A stretch of 64,000 bases of DNA from Candidatus Sumerlaeota bacterium (GTDB lineage Bacteria > Bacillota > SLNR01), in NCBI GenBank assembly GCA_040766585.1, contig JAXGQE010000012.1, forward strand, positions 20,504-84,503. The letters run 5' to 3'. The translations under genes and the position numbers were made by a program. Position 1 is the first letter of the stretch, and each line of letters begins with the position of its first letter. This document shows, one piece after another, positions 38,386 through 47,481 of the stretch. The notes below the pieces were generated by a model. The model ran no database searches and was not told the origin of the DNA. It worked only from the letters and a program-made list of their open reading frames with translations.

Positions 38386-39012
38386 CTAGCGGATAAAGTT
38401 GGTGATGGCTCGTTTTTCTTTTTCTGGATACTCTACACCGGCCTGCTTCCCGGCTTCAATGCACTTCAACAGCCAGGCCATGTTGCGGGCCAGCGTCCTC
38501 ATGGTCTGCATGCCTTCCAAATCCTGCTTTACTTCTTCAGGGGTATTCCCGTGGACCATATTCCAGTACTGGGATGAGACAACCGGCATGCTGGATATGG
38601 TGAAATACTTGTTGATCTGATCGAATGCGGTGGCTGCTCCGCCTCGTCGGCAGCTCACCACAGCCGCACCCGGTTTATACTGGAACGGGCCTCCGGCATA
38701 AAAGAGCCTGTCCAGAAATGAAGTCAAGGATCCGGAAGCAGCGGCATAATGAACCGGCGATCCAAACACAAATCCATCAGCTTCTTTCGCCTTCTCACGG
38801 GTTTCGTTGACGGGATCTTCATCAAAAACACACTTGCTTGTTCCGCTGGTACGACAGTATCCGCATCCGGCGCACCCGGCTATGGGATCGGTGCCGACGT
38901 GGATGATTTCCGTTTCAACAGACAGTCTTTCCAGTTCATCGGCCACTTCCCTCAGGGCAGTATAAGTGCATCCCCGTACTTTTGCGCTGCCGTTTATAAG
39001 AAGAACTTTCAA
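38386..39012 (-). CDS. Iron-sulfur flavoprotein (NADPH-dependent FMN reductase / flavodoxin-like fold, Isf family)
   Basis: MKVLLINGSAK...; the compact Cys motif CAGCGYCRTSGTSKC (C-x2-C-x2-C-x7-C) is diagnostic of Isf. TTG start with RBS AGGAGGGG. Confidence 0.75.
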   Translation of the reverse strand: MKVLLINGSAKVRGCTYTALREVADELERLSVETEIIHVGTDPIAGCAGCGYCRTSGTSKCVFDEDPVNETREKAKEADGFVFGSPVHYAAASGSLTSFLDRLFYAGGPFQYKPGAAVVSCRRGGAATAFDQINKYFTISSMPVVSSQYWNMVHGNTPEEVKQDLEGMQTMRTLARNMAWLLKCIEAGKQAGVEYPEKEKRAITNFIR

Positions 39013-39111
39013 TGTAACCCCTCCTGGCGGGCATCCTGACCCGCTTCAAATTTTCACTAATAGATTTATCATTCTTCTTTTCGTCGATGAATCCTCTGCG
39101 CTTTTGCGCGG

Positions 39112-39145
39112 ACAAAAAAATGCGGACAGCATTCACTGTCCGCCG
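39112..39145 (-). terminator. Intrinsic terminator downstream of small beta-barrel protein gene
   Basis: gcggacag-loop-ctgtccgc 8-bp stem followed by attttttt on the minus strand. Confidence 0.6.
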
Positions 39146-39166
39146 CTGCTTCTTCTAACCCTACTT

Positions 39167-39412
39167 CTATTCTTCCGGAGTACACACTGTATCTCCGCAA
39201 CGCACTCTCTCTTTGACTTTGACAGCCACCTCCTGGCCCCCATTCGCCGATTGAATGCTCTGATGCTGGATCTGCATGGAATCGATATCCTGTTCAAATT
39301 CTGTGGTTCTTCCTCTGAATAGGACACGATCATTCAGATGCAGTGCCTGGTCCAATTTGACGACGGCAACAGAAATCTTATCGTAGTAATGAATCACGGT
39401 TCCGATGTCCAT
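39167..39412 (-). CDS. Small (81 aa) conserved protein, EF-Tu domain-2-like beta-barrel family
   Basis: MDIGTVIHYYDKISVAVVKLDQALHLNDRVLFRG... RBS GAAGGGGG. Confidence 0.45.
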   Translation of the reverse strand: MDIGTVIHYYDKISVAVVKLDQALHLNDRVLFRGRTTEFEQDIDSMQIQHQSIQSANGGQEVAVKVKERVRCGDTVCTPEE

Positions 39413-39617
39413 CCGTAACCCCCTTCCATTGTATGTATTCAACGGAAAATGGTACCTATGGGTCCATCCATGAAAAGTCTCCGGATTCTTATGTGTAATT
39501 ATACATTCGATCAAAAATATATACATCCTTCTTCCGATATGGTATTCTTTTTCTTAAGCACTGTACGTCTGAGGAACATTCTTGTACCGATCAATCACCG
39601 GAAGGAGACTGACCAAC

Positions 39618-39863
39618 ATGTTGAAAATCGTTGGACGAATTGCATTGGTTCTCTTTACAACACTGGCCGGCGCGATTGCAGGAACTCTCTCCCTCATTAA
39701 TATCTTTGGCAATTACTTTACTGATTTCCAGTTTTTCGGCAGCCGCGGTTACGAAGCGGGTGCCAACATCGGTTTCATCGTCGGTGGGGTGCTCGGCTTG
39801 CTGGCTGGAGTCCTTCTGCAAAGAAAGATTTTTGCCTCCAAGCCACCGCAGAGACAACGGTAA
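39618..39863 (+). CDS. Small membrane protein (2 TM), unknown function
   Basis: MLKIVGRIALVLFTTLAGAIAG... Gly-rich TM helices. RBS AAGGAGA. Confidence 0.45.
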   Translation: MLKIVGRIALVLFTTLAGAIAGTLSLINIFGNYFTDFQFFGSRGYEAGANIGFIVGGVLGLLAGVLLQRKIFASKPPQRQR

Positions 39864-39970
39864 CCTTCTGCCCCCTTGACTTTACGGTTTCATGGCCGAA
39901 TCCGGATTGGACTTCCCTGTAGGATATCTGTTCTTGCATAAGATGATGAATTCATTCTTTTCAATTAAAA

Positions 39971-39999
39971 ACAGACAATCGATAAAATCGATTGTCTGT
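39971..39999 (-). terminator. Intrinsic terminator downstream of Cys-rich secreted protein gene (bidirectional)
   Basis: 13-bp perfect stem acagacaatcgat/atcgattgtctgt with an aaa loop and T-rich minus-strand tail. Confidence 0.6.
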
Positions 40000-40013
40000 C
40001 TTCATATCGAAGC

Positions 40014-40430
40014 TTACTCGAGTGTCGGAAGGTTAAACCGCCACTGATGCATGTGCCGTGCCACAGCTCCTGGCTCAGAATGAGCCATCTCACGGACCAT
40101 TTGACCGAATTCGCGACCGGAAACACGGTGCTGGAAAGGCATTCCGCCTTCGGGATCATCCATATCTTCGGGTCCTTCTCCTTCGCATGGACAGTTTTCG
40201 GGATCCGCAGTGCATTCTTGAATCCTTTCCTGAACCATCTCACGAGCCATCGGTCCCAAAGGATTTTCACAGTCTTCACACAATCCGTCTCCACACAATC
40301 CGTCTCCGGCAGCAGGCCCGTTACTGTTTTGAGCTGCATTCTGTTTCGGACCGGATGCCATCGCCACAGAAGCCATGCTGATAATCAGAATACCGACCAG
40401 AACTGCGATCATTGCTTTTTTCATCTTCAT
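40014..40430 (-). CDS. Secreted Cys-rich, acidic small protein with internal GDGLC tandem repeat
   Basis: Signal peptide MKMKKAMIAVLVGILIISMASVAMA. Many Cys (GDGLCGDGLCEDCENP...CTADPENCPCEGEG). RBS GAGGAGGG. Confidence 0.55.
   Translation of the reverse strand: MKMKKAMIAVLVGILIISMASVAMASGPKQNAAQNSNGPAAGDGLCGDGLCEDCENPLGPMAREMVQERIQECTADPENCPCEGEGPEDMDDPEGGMPFQHRVSGREFGQMVREMAHSEPGAVARHMHQWRFNLPTLE
40278..40307. repeat. Perfect 15-nt x2 tandem duplication (acacaatccgtctcc) inside the Cys-rich protein gene, encoding GDGLC-GDGLC
   Basis: Seen directly in the sequence at 40278-40307. Confidence 0.7.
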
Positions 40431-40594
40431 ATCCCTCCTCACCGAACCAGTGAAAACTGGTGATTTTTCTTTTCATTACCTTATTTCGACACTACTGCGA
40501 TCCATAACGGGGTCGAATAAAGATTTTTTGTAAAATCCGATTTTTTTAATGCTCATATTTATGAAGAATCCTTGCAGCGCAGTCTTTCCCTGCA

Positions 40595-40623
40595 TTGACA
40601 CGAACATACGGCAATGGTACGAT
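40595..40623 (+). promoter_or_regulatory. Putative sigma-70 promoter of kinase-dehydrogenase-aldolase operon (TTGACA-17-TACGAT)
   Basis: Consensus -35 with 17-nt spacing, ~50 nt upstream of RBS AAGGAGA. Confidence 0.4.
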
Positions 40624-40670
40624 AAACATGGTTTTTGGATCATACCCTGCATGCCAAAAAGGAGACTCTT

Positions 40671-42173
40671 ATGAGATATCTGATCGGCTTGGACATTGGT
40701 ACTTCTAACATCAAAGCTGTGCTGTTTGATGAAACAGGTAATCCAGTGTGCATCTCTTCGCAAAAAACTGCCGTATCTTCCCCGCATCCACGGTATATGG
40801 AGCAGGATATGGATCAGCTCTGGGATGCTGTGGTTTTCTGTTTGAATGATCTGACCCATCAATATCCGGATTTATGCCGCTTGGTTGACGGAATCGGTTT
40901 GTCCGGGCAGGGAGAAGGGCTTTGGCTGCTGGATCAGGACGGACAACCGGTTCAGCCGGCAATCCTCTGGAATGATGGACGCTCTGCTGAGACCGTCGCT
41001 TCATTTTCAACTCAGGAACTGGACACCATTCGCCAGATTACCTATACATCTCCCAATACATCCAGCACTCTGGTCCAGCTGAAATGGACCAAGAATAACC
41101 ATCCTGACATTCTGGCCAATGCCAGAACCTGCTTTTTCTGCAAGGACTGGATTCGATACAAGCTCACTGGAGAAATCTTCACGGAACGAACGGATACCTC
41201 GGTAACTTTGATGGATATGCCCACCCAGGCTCTTTCCGAAGAACTGCTGACATTAGCCGGCATCGGCGAATGTATCAATTTGTTTCCACCTATGCTCCAA
41301 AGCACCGGGTCAGCCGGTTCTCTGTCTGCAGATGCTGCCAGAATTACCGGTCTGCCGGCCGGTATTCCGGTTGCAGCCGGAGCACTGGATGTAACGGCTA
41401 CCTGTTTGGGAGTGGGAGCAGTAACTGCCAATGATCTTTTTCTGATTTTGGGTACCACAGCCTGCACCGGTCTGGTCAAAGAAAGCCACCTGGCCGATCC
41501 GGACCAAGGACGTTTTTTGCTGCACCCGGACTCCACCTATATGATAAAAATAATGGCTACCATGGCCGGGACACCCAATATTGACTGGATGGCGGAAGCC
41601 ATCGCTTTCGATGTTCCATTTGATCATATTGAAGAAAGTCTGCACGCAACCAAACCCGGAAGCGGGGGTGTGATTTACCTTCCATACATATCTCCATCCG
41701 GCGAACGCTATCCATTCTATCATCCCAGCGCCAAAGCCGGTTTTTTTGGGATCACATCCCATATCCGGCGAGATCAGCTTATTCGTTCAGTTTTCGAAGG
41801 GGTTGCCCTGTCGGTCAAAGACTGTCTGCAGGGAGAGACTACCGCCGGCCGGATCCATATTGCCGGAGGCGGCAGCAAAAGCAACGCCTGGTGCCAGATC
41901 ATGGCTGATTGTACCGGCCATCAAATCATCCGCTACCGGGGTGATGAATTCGGTGCCAAAGGGGCAGCCATCCTAGCCGGTGTTTGTGCCGGATGGAAAC
42001 CTACTATCCAGGATATGGCCCGCAGTTTTTGCACGGAAGACAGACTTTTTGATCCGGATCCTGCGTCGGTTACCCTGTACGACGACCTGTATTCGATGTA
42101 TGCCGATCTACGCAAATCCCAATGGGAATTGTGGCATCACCATCAGTCTGTATTGGAGAAATACCATTTGTAA
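40671..42173 (+). CDS. FGGY-family carbohydrate kinase (xylulokinase/ribulokinase-like)
   Basis: MRYLIGLDIGTSNIKAV (phosphate-1 motif), a hexokinase/actin fold, and a C-terminal GGGSKS motif. Confidence 0.85.
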   Translation: MRYLIGLDIGTSNIKAVLFDETGNPVCISSQKTAVSSPHPRYMEQDMDQLWDAVVFCLNDLTHQYPDLCRLVDGIGLSGQGEGLWLLDQDGQPVQPAILWNDGRSAETVASFSTQELDTIRQITYTSPNTSSTLVQLKWTKNNHPDILANARTCFFCKDWIRYKLTGEIFTERTDTSVTLMDMPTQALSEELLTLAGIGECINLFPPMLQSTGSAGSLSADAARITGLPAGIPVAAGALDVTATCLGVGAVTANDLFLILGTTACTGLVKESHLADPDQGRFLLHPDSTYMIKIMATMAGTPNIDWMAEAIAFDVPFDHIEESLHATKPGSGGVIYLPYISPSGERYPFYHPSAKAGFFGITSHIRRDQLIRSVFEGVALSVKDCLQGETTAGRIHIAGGGSKSNAWCQIMADCTGHQIIRYRGDEFGAKGAAILAGVCAGWKPTIQDMARSFCTEDRLFDPDPASVTLYDDLYSMYADLRKSQWELWHHHQSVLEKYHL

Positions 42174-42219
42174 GGCGATCCGATACTCCATCTAAACAAT
42201 ACAATAAGGAGGTCCCTGT

Positions 42220-43260
42220 ATGAAGATCCTGTTTACCGCTGAATACGATGAAACCATGTTGGAGGAAATCAAGGCCTTGGGCGATGTAACCATGGCTGGT
42301 TGGTCCGTAGGTGATCCAAAGATACCTGAAGACGAATTGTGCAAGCTCGCAGCTGATTATGACATGATCATCACCAGCTATGACGGCATCACAGCAAATG
42401 TAATGGACGCAGCACCCCGCTTGAAACTGATTGCCTGTACCCGGGCAACCCCTGTCAATGTAGACTGTGCCCATGCGCAATCCAAAAACATTCCCGTACT
42501 GTACACCCCCGGGAGAAATTCAGATTCAGCCGCTGAACTGACCATCGCTTTAATGATCAATGTGGCTCGGCATATCCCCCAGGCCTATCAGGCTTTGCAT
42601 CAGGGGAAATACTGTGCACCCAGTCAGCAGCAGAAAAAGGAAACCAAAGCCGGTCTGAAAGAAGACATAACCTGGGGCATTGGCCTTAACCAACCCTATA
42701 TGGTGTTCAAAGGCATGGATCTAAAAGGGAAGACACTGGGAGTCATCGGTTTCGGGAGTATCGGCAAACGAGTTGCAGCCATTGCCAAAGCCTTCGGAAT
42801 GAACCTCTTGATTTTTGATCCATATGCCAGTGAGATTGATGTGGATGGTGTGGGCCAGACCAAAGTGAGCCTGGATGCTCTCCTAGCCCAGTCCGACTTT
42901 GTATCCTGCCATGTGAAAGTCACTTCTTCCACAAAAGGGATGATGGGTAAAGAACAGTTTGCTCGAATGAAACCATCTGCCTATTTCATCAATACTTCCC
43001 GGGCTGCCGTGGTTGATGAAACGGCTCTGATCGAAGCGCTTCGAGAAAATCGAATCGCCGGGGCTGCGCTGGACGTCTTTGCCAGCGAACCCATTGCCTG
43101 TGATCATCCATTCATTCAGGAAATGGGCGACCGCGTGATAGTCACTCCCCATATTGCCGGCGCGACCAATGATGCCATTGCCAATCACACACGGATGATC
43201 CTTTCCGATATCAAACGTTTTCTTGCCGGGGAAAATCTCCTGTATGAATACCGGTCATAA
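42220..43260 (+). CDS. D-isomer-specific 2-hydroxyacid dehydrogenase family, NAD-binding
   Basis: GVIGFGSIGKRVA Rossmann motif with catalytic Arg/Glu/His spacing. RBS AAGGAGGT. Confidence 0.8.
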   Translation: MKILFTAEYDETMLEEIKALGDVTMAGWSVGDPKIPEDELCKLAADYDMIITSYDGITANVMDAAPRLKLIACTRATPVNVDCAHAQSKNIPVLYTPGRNSDSAAELTIALMINVARHIPQAYQALHQGKYCAPSQQQKKETKAGLKEDITWGIGLNQPYMVFKGMDLKGKTLGVIGFGSIGKRVAAIAKAFGMNLLIFDPYASEIDVDGVGQTKVSLDALLAQSDFVSCHVKVTSSTKGMMGKEQFARMKPSAYFINTSRAAVVDETALIEALRENRIAGAALDVFASEPIACDHPFIQEMGDRVIVTPHIAGATNDAIANHTRMILSDIKRFLAGENLLYEYRS

Positions 43261-43295
43261 AGATTTCATTAATCCAACCAGAGAGGATGATTAGA

Positions 43296-43952
43296 ATGCT
43301 CATGCAAAAAGAGAGAGAATTGGTGGTTGAATTCGGCAAGAAGCTGATTACCGCCGGCCTGACCAAAGGAACAGGAGGAAACATCAGCATATTTGACCGT
43401 GAACAAGGCCTGATGGCCATCAGCCCCAGCGGAATTGACTATTTTGAAACCCTTCCTGAAGATGTTGTCATCATGGATTTGGACGGAAAAATTGTTGATG
43501 GTGATAAAAAACCCTCCAGTGAGCATGAACTGCACAGCATTTTTTATCGAGAGAGAACCGATGTAGACTCTGTGGTACATACTCATTCGCCCTACGCAAC
43601 AGCACTGGCCACATTGGGACAGGGTCTTCCAGCCAGCAATTATCTGGTAGCACTGGCCGGACCCGATGTACGCTGCGCCCCGTATGCATCCTTCGGAACG
43701 AAAGAACTGGCGGAAGCAGCGTATGAATCCATGAAGGACCGCTACTGTGTTCTGCTCAGCAACCACGGGCTGGTTGCTGGAGCCAAAACCATTCACAGCG
43801 CCTTCAAAATCGCCACACTGATTGAAGAATGCTGCGAAACATACATGATTGCCTCCAGTGTCGGCAAGCCGCAGATCTTAAGCGAAGATGAAATGAAGTA
43901 TATGATGGAACGCTTCAAAACATACGGCCAGGCCAAACCCAAAAACGGATAA
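43296..43952 (+). CDS. Class II aldolase/adducin-family protein (L-fuculose-1-phosphate aldolase / L-ribulose-5-P 4-epimerase-like)
   Basis: GTGGNISIFD...; the HTHSPYATA metal-binding His cluster. Confidence 0.8.
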   Translation: MLMQKERELVVEFGKKLITAGLTKGTGGNISIFDREQGLMAISPSGIDYFETLPEDVVIMDLDGKIVDGDKKPSSEHELHSIFYRERTDVDSVVHTHSPYATALATLGQGLPASNYLVALAGPDVRCAPYASFGTKELAEAAYESMKDRYCVLLSNHGLVAGAKTIHSAFKIATLIEECCETYMIASSVGKPQILSEDEMKYMMERFKTYGQAKPKNG

Positions 43953-43954
43953 GA

Positions 43955-43996
43955 AATATACCCTGCCGGTGATCTTCGGCAGGGTATTTCATTTTC
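43955..43996. terminator. Bidirectional intrinsic terminator (aldolase operon / methyltransferase convergent)
   Basis: 11-bp stem ataccctgccg/cggcagggtat followed by ttcattttctc. Confidence 0.65.
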
Positions 43997-44588
43997 TCCC
44001 AATATACCAGGCTGTCCCCGGACCAATCTGGATGGTCTGTGTCAGCGCAAAGTGCTCCCTCATTTCATCTTCCACCTGGTTGACAAAGTTTTTGTAATCG
44101 CTTCTTTCCAGTCGTTCCACCGCTTCAATCAAGATAGACTTTCTTCGGTTAAAGTCATTGAGAACCACACTGCCCCTGGACACTCTTTTCATCTCTCGAT
44201 AGAATTTTTGTCTCTCCTCCGCTGCAAACCCATGGGCTACAAAAGCAGCACAGACACAATCGAAACTGTCATCGGCAAAGGGCAGTCCCTCCAACGCATT
44301 TCCCACCATAAACCGGATATTCTTCCCAGCGTTTCTCCTTTTTGCAACAGAAAGCATTTTTTCAGCCGGATCCACTCCGGTTACCTCATAACCCATATCG
44401 TACAGCACGGAGCACAATGCTCCTGTGCCGCAGCCCACATCCAGAAAAACAGGGTGCGGAGGCAGGTTCATGCATTTGAGATACCGAGCCAAGGTTTTTC
44501 TATAGGTTCTCTTCTGCATGTTGTAGAAAAGTCCATAAATGGGCGCTACCCACTGGAAAGTCTGGATGTGAGAATCTCCCACAGTCAT
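43989..44588 (-). CDS. Class I SAM-dependent methyltransferase
   Basis: VFLDVGCGTGAL motif I plus downstream motifs. Confidence 0.8.
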   Translation of the reverse strand: MTVGDSHIQTFQWVAPIYGLFYNMQKRTYRKTLARYLKCMNLPPHPVFLDVGCGTGALCSVLYDMGYEVTGVDPAEKMLSVAKRRNAGKNIRFMVGNALEGLPFADDSFDCVCAAFVAHGFAAEERQKFYREMKRVSRGSVVLNDFNRRKSILIEAVERLERSDYKNFVNQVEDEMREHFALTQTIQIGPGTAWYIGRK

Positions 44589-44708
44589 TCCCTTCCTTCA
44601 TCAATATTTTCCATGCACTCAGTAACGTCATATACCGCGTCTATGAAAGAAGACTTTCAAGAGAAACTTCACCTTTTTCTCGATGGATTCAGAAATTCTC
44701 CCTGAACA

Positions 44709-45182
44709 TCAGATGATCTCTTCCAAGTTCTCAAGGAAAACAGTTACGGCCGAATCGACGATATCGGCTAGTTCATCCATACGGTTAAAATCAGGATCCC
44801 CAAGAATAGAATGCTCGATGATGGAATCCACTCCCTTTTCTGCTTTGGAAATGGTATAGGGGACAGATTCTTTGGATTCGAAACGGCGGATATACTCATG
44901 CTGGATTTTCTTATTCCTGGCGGCCAGCCAAATCTCCAACTGCCCTGTCTCATGAATGAAAACGACAGCCACCTTCAGTCCCTTTTGAGCCATGTCCGAA
45001 GGGGTCAACGGAAAGTATGACATATCCATATAACCCGGATAGAAACTGCCGCCCATGCGGTCCGGATATTTCTTCCCCAATCTCCTCTGCAGTTCCAGCA
45101 TACCCTCCATGATCTTTCTGTAGGTCTTCTGAATATGTCCTTTTTGAAGTTCCTTCCGGTATTCTCCGAGATCTTTATTCAT
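44709..45182 (-). CDS. Conserved hypothetical protein (DUF family), co-oriented with Imm5-like gene
   Basis: ELQKGHIQKTYRKIMEGMLELQRRLGKKYPD...KVAVVFIHETGQLEIWLAARNKKIQ. Start uncertain (45182-45191). Confidence 0.45.
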   Translation of the reverse strand: MNKDLGEYRKELQKGHIQKTYRKIMEGMLELQRRLGKKYPDRMGGSFYPGYMDMSYFPLTPSDMAQKGLKVAVVFIHETGQLEIWLAARNKKIQHEYIRRFESKESVPYTISKAEKGVDSIIEHSILGDPDFNRMDELADIVDSAVTVFLENLEEII

Positions 45183-45255
45183 GATGATCATCTTCTTTCT
45201 AAATTGTTCTGCATCGATCCATAAACAGGTACATGGACATGACACCATCACCGAC

Positions 45256-45795
45256 TCAGTCATCTTTCAAGAAAGCAGCCCAGTTTACAGATAAGGAATC
45301 AGTGTGCGTCTCCCAGTGAAGCAGCTTTCGCATGTATTCCTGGATCCTTTCGCTGACAATCAGGGGATAATCGGCGCGACCGTGAATCCGAACCAGGAAC
45401 GAGAGTTCATAGATCGGCAGTCCCACGGCATGGGCTCGGGCATGGACCGTGGATCCTGCCTGCCCCACTGCATGAAACAGATAACTCACTGCTGTGTCAT
45501 TGTATTCTCTGGCTGCCGCATGAACGGCCAGGATCGCTTTCTTTGCAGCAGGCATCTTGATGATCCCTCGGGCCCATTCTTCACAGAACTGCAAACATTC
45601 CCGAGGGCGCTTTTCATCTGGATACATTTTTTCGATATCCACAGCAGTACGAGCTCCACAGTCCAGCGCCCACATAATCAGGGCACGATGACTTTGATTC
45701 TTCATTTTTTGGATGAGAGGCTGAAGACACATACTATCTTTGGAAAACAAAAGCTGATTTTTCCGCTTCAGCCTGCCTTCCACATCCAAATACAT
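45256..45795 (-). CDS. Putative polymorphic-toxin immunity protein, Imm5-like family
   Basis: ALIMWALDCGARTAVDIEKMYPDEKRPRECLQFCEEWARGIIKMPAAKKAILAVHAAAREY matches the A-rich helical Imm5-like signature as I remember it. RBS GGGAGGG. Confidence 0.5.
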   Translation of the reverse strand: MYLDVEGRLKRKNQLLFSKDSMCLQPLIQKMKNQSHRALIMWALDCGARTAVDIEKMYPDEKRPRECLQFCEEWARGIIKMPAAKKAILAVHAAAREYNDTAVSYLFHAVGQAGSTVHARAHAVGLPIYELSFLVRIHGRADYPLIVSERIQEYMRKLLHWETHTDSLSVNWAAFLKDD

Positions 45796-45864
45796 GCCAA
45801 ACCCTCCCTTTCGACAGAACGACGGCAAAAAAACACAAAGAATTGCTGTGCTAGCCGATGGTTT

Positions 45865-46362
45865 CTATTCAAGAATTTTTCCCATATAATATTCACTGAC
45901 ATACTTCCCGTTAACCCGCATGGAATTCACACGAATTCCTTCTACCAAGAAACCCATTTTCTGATAGAGATGGACAGCCCCTTCGTTGTGAACCATAACA
46001 GTCAGCTCCAGACGGGTAATACTCTCAGAATGGGCCCATTCATCCAGTTTTTCGAAGAACTGAGTCCCGATCTTCCTTCCGCGGTAGTCCTTCAGGATTC
46101 CGGTGGCAATATATGCACTGTGTTGAATCCGACTGGCAGCACCGCGGACCGCTTCTAAAAACCCTACCGGTATCCCGTCCACTTCAGCTATGAGGTACAG
46201 GGAACCGGAATCGTTGATCTGCCGAATGTAGTTCTCCAAATCGGATACCAGCATCGTACGCTCCCCGGGTTCATAGAGCATGGTTTCACTTTCACGATCC
46301 AGTTGATGGAGCATCGTCAGCAGTTTTTCTGCATCTTCAATTTGGCCAGGTCGAATCATCAT
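45865..46362 (-). CDS. GNAT-family N-acetyltransferase
   Basis: Acetyl-CoA binding motif ...RGRKIGTQFFEKL... in a GNAT fold. RBS AGGAAGAG. Confidence 0.75.
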   Translation of the reverse strand: MMIRPGQIEDAEKLLTMLHQLDRESETMLYEPGERTMLVSDLENYIRQINDSGSLYLIAEVDGIPVGFLEAVRGAASRIQHSAYIATGILKDYRGRKIGTQFFEKLDEWAHSESITRLELTVMVHNEGAVHLYQKMGFLVEGIRVNSMRVNGKYVSEYYMGKILE

Positions 46363-46521
46363 CACGGCTCTTCCTTTCTTTTGCGGTGTGGATCGATCGA
46401 TCCATATGTCTATGCTGCACCGCCATATCGAATGCATTCATCGGACGCTTTGTCCGTAGAATGGTTTATCAGATCCATAGGATGATGTTACAATCATCAC
46501 ATTCTCCAGGAGGATATATTG

Positions 46522-47481
46522 TTAGAACAAGTCGGTGCTCAAATACTTCAACCCGCTGTCGTTGAGGGTTAATACAATGTTTTTCCCTTTTTCTTGATTC
46601 CTCAGCAACTGCACAGCAGCCGCTGCATTGGCCCCGGAGGAAATACCCACAAAAGCCCCTTCCAGACGAGCCAGATTTCTGGTCATTTCCACGGCTTCCT
46701 CGTCAGACACTTGCAGATATCCGTCAACCATCTGTATGTCCACCTTCGGCAAATCCATGGCATATCCACATCCCTGGATCCCATGACGCCCACCATGGGC
46801 AACGGGTGTACCGGCATACACAGCTGCGTTTGCCGGCTCCACCAGATAGCAACGAATGGCTGGATTGTATTCTTTGAGTTTTTCTGCGCATCCACGGAAA
46901 GTGCCGCCGCTTCCCACAATATCCACAAACGCATCCATGGTGCCGTCGCACTGCTCCCACATCTCAACGGCAGTATGGAGAAGATGAGCACGATAAGAGC
47001 TGTCCAACCGAAACTGGTCCGCACGGAAAGCTCCTCTTTGTGCAGTCAGCGCTTTCGTTACTGCTTCCACAGCTTTCAGATCGTCCCCGGATACATGTCC
47101 CCGGTTTCCGGATTCAGTCTGCGGAACCAGGACCACCTCAGCTCCCAGTGCACGCATCATGCGCGCTCGCTCCTGGGTGTTCCCTTCCGACATGACGGCA
47201 ATAAAAGGATGTCCCTTGGCCTGGCAGACAATCGCCAGTCCGGTCCCGGTATTGCCGCTGGTAAGTTCTATCACGGTCTGGCCCGGTTTCAGGTCTCCAA
47301 TGGCCTCCGCTTCTTCAATCATCTGCAGAGCTGGACGATCCTTCTTGCTGAACCCTGGATTCAGATACTCCAGCTTGGCAAAAATATTTCCCTCCACACC
47401 GTAGTGCTTTGTGATCCGGTTGAGACGAATCATGGGGGTGTGTCCAATCACAGAGCAAATGCTGTCTTGAACTTTTTCCAT
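46522..47481 (-). CDS. cysK: Cysteine synthase (O-acetylserine sulfhydrylase), PLP-dependent
   Basis: Lys region GHTPMIRLNR..., LNPGFSKKDR, and the PLP-binding TSGNTGTGLA motif. RBS GAGAGGGG. Confidence 0.85.
   Translation of the reverse strand: MEKVQDSICSVIGHTPMIRLNRITKHYGVEGNIFAKLEYLNPGFSKKDRPALQMIEEAEAIGDLKPGQTVIELTSGNTGTGLAIVCQAKGHPFIAVMSEGNTQERARMMRALGAEVVLVPQTESGNRGHVSGDDLKAVEAVTKALTAQRGAFRADQFRLDSSYRAHLLHTAVEMWEQCDGTMDAFVDIVGSGGTFRGCAEKLKEYNPAIRCYLVEPANAAVYAGTPVAHGGRHGIQGCGYAMDLPKVDIQMVDGYLQVSDEEAVEMTRNLARLEGAFVGISSGANAAAAVQLLRNQEKGKNIVLTLNDSGLKYLSTDLF

Noticed and set aside
40476-40862. 128-aa minus ORF overlapping the FGGY kinase start
   Set aside because: Overlaps the promoter, RBS and 5' end of the well-supported kinase gene. 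No RBS or domain.
45304-46158. 284-aa plus-strand ORF
   Set aside because: Antisense to the Imm5-like and GNAT genes. No motifs and low complexity.
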